A stretch of 63,786 bases of DNA, filler included, from Octopus bimaculoides (Eukaryota): NCBI RefSeq assembly GCF_001194135.2. It is 7 parts of 6 records of this genome, joined end to end, with 100 filler letters (N's around TTAATTAATTAA, not from the genome) between each part and the next. Parts side by side here need not be neighbours in the genome. Positions count along the whole stretch, not along the records: positions 62,712 to 63,786 come from NW_026370277.1; 6 more parts are not named here. The stretch is one strand, 5' to 3'. The notes under the pieces are model-generated. The model did not search any database and had not been told where the DNA came from. It was given only the letters and a program-made list of their open reading frames with translations. Shown here in pieces: positions 63,380 through 63,786 of the stretch. Position 1 is the stretch's first letter; each line of letters begins with the position of its first letter. Both the position numbers and the translations under genes were made by a program.

Positions 63380-63740
63380 TTTCGTCTAAAACTTCTTCAA
63401 GGCTGTGCCCCAGCATGGCCGCAGTTAAATGACTGAAAGAAGTAAAAGATAAGAAAGAGAAGGTACATAGTGTACTGCTCTGTGATAGTAAGATCAACAA
63501 AAAAAAAGTACTCCCTCTAGTGGGGAGTAAATAAATTTGCCGTGAGGAAGAAATGAAGGCTAACGTTTATGATAATGCTTTTTGTCATTCTTTCTTTAAA
63601 TAAATCCCTTGCTTAAAAAGACAAAATCTATGTTGGATTAAGTCGAAGGCGTGGCTGTGTAGTAAGAAGCTTGCTTCTCAACCACATGGTTCCAGGGTTC
63701 AGTCCCACAGCATGGCGCCTTGGGCAAATGTCTTCTACTG
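63380..63740. mobile_element. SINE family A tail (-, 63380-63455) and head (+, 63648-63740)
   Basis: GGCGTGGCTGTGTAGTAAGAAGCTTGCTTCTCAACCACATGGTTCCAGGGTTCAGTCCCAC. Confidence 0.8.
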
Positions 63741-63786
63741 GGCTCCAATCTGATTTGGCAGAGTTTCTACAGCTGGATGCCCTTCC

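Noticed and set aside
1-63786. CRISPR array, operon, or prokaryotic/viral defence or biosynthetic system
   Set aside because: No regularly spaced repeats with unique spacers and no gene-dense coding; the sequence is eukaryotic repeat-rich DNA.

Overview
AT-rich animal genomic scaffold with many N gaps and microsatellites. The SINE families, microsatellite density and transposon mix point to a cephalopod, most likely Octopus (inference from recognition, not a database hit). No prokaryotic-type system, rRNA, CRISPR array or intact long gene is visible, and most long ORFs in the track are microsatellite or N artefacts. The window is mainly a transposon graveyard: Penelope-like retroelement (PLE) pieces (GIY-YIG, RT, N-terminus), RTE, CR1-like and restriction-like-endonuclease (R4/Dong- and HERO/NeSL-type) LINE fragments, Tc1/mariner fossils of four catalytic classes (DD34E, mariner-type, DD37D, DD41D), a small non-autonomous Helitron, MITEs and many tRNA-derived SINEs. 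The most interesting signal is a set of type I hammerhead ribozyme motifs: two near-complete (2458-2561, 18883-18956) and three degenerate (12648-12691, 16138-16181, 34416-34455). One sits directly behind a PLE GIY-YIG fragment. Hammerheads in PLEs are an established phenomenon, so the novelty would be these specific families or architectures. Other signals are several long foldback structures (1692-1833, 2621-3650, 55097-55218) and a tentative set of frame-compatible host exons at 8.5-11.4 kb. TE boundaries are approximate.
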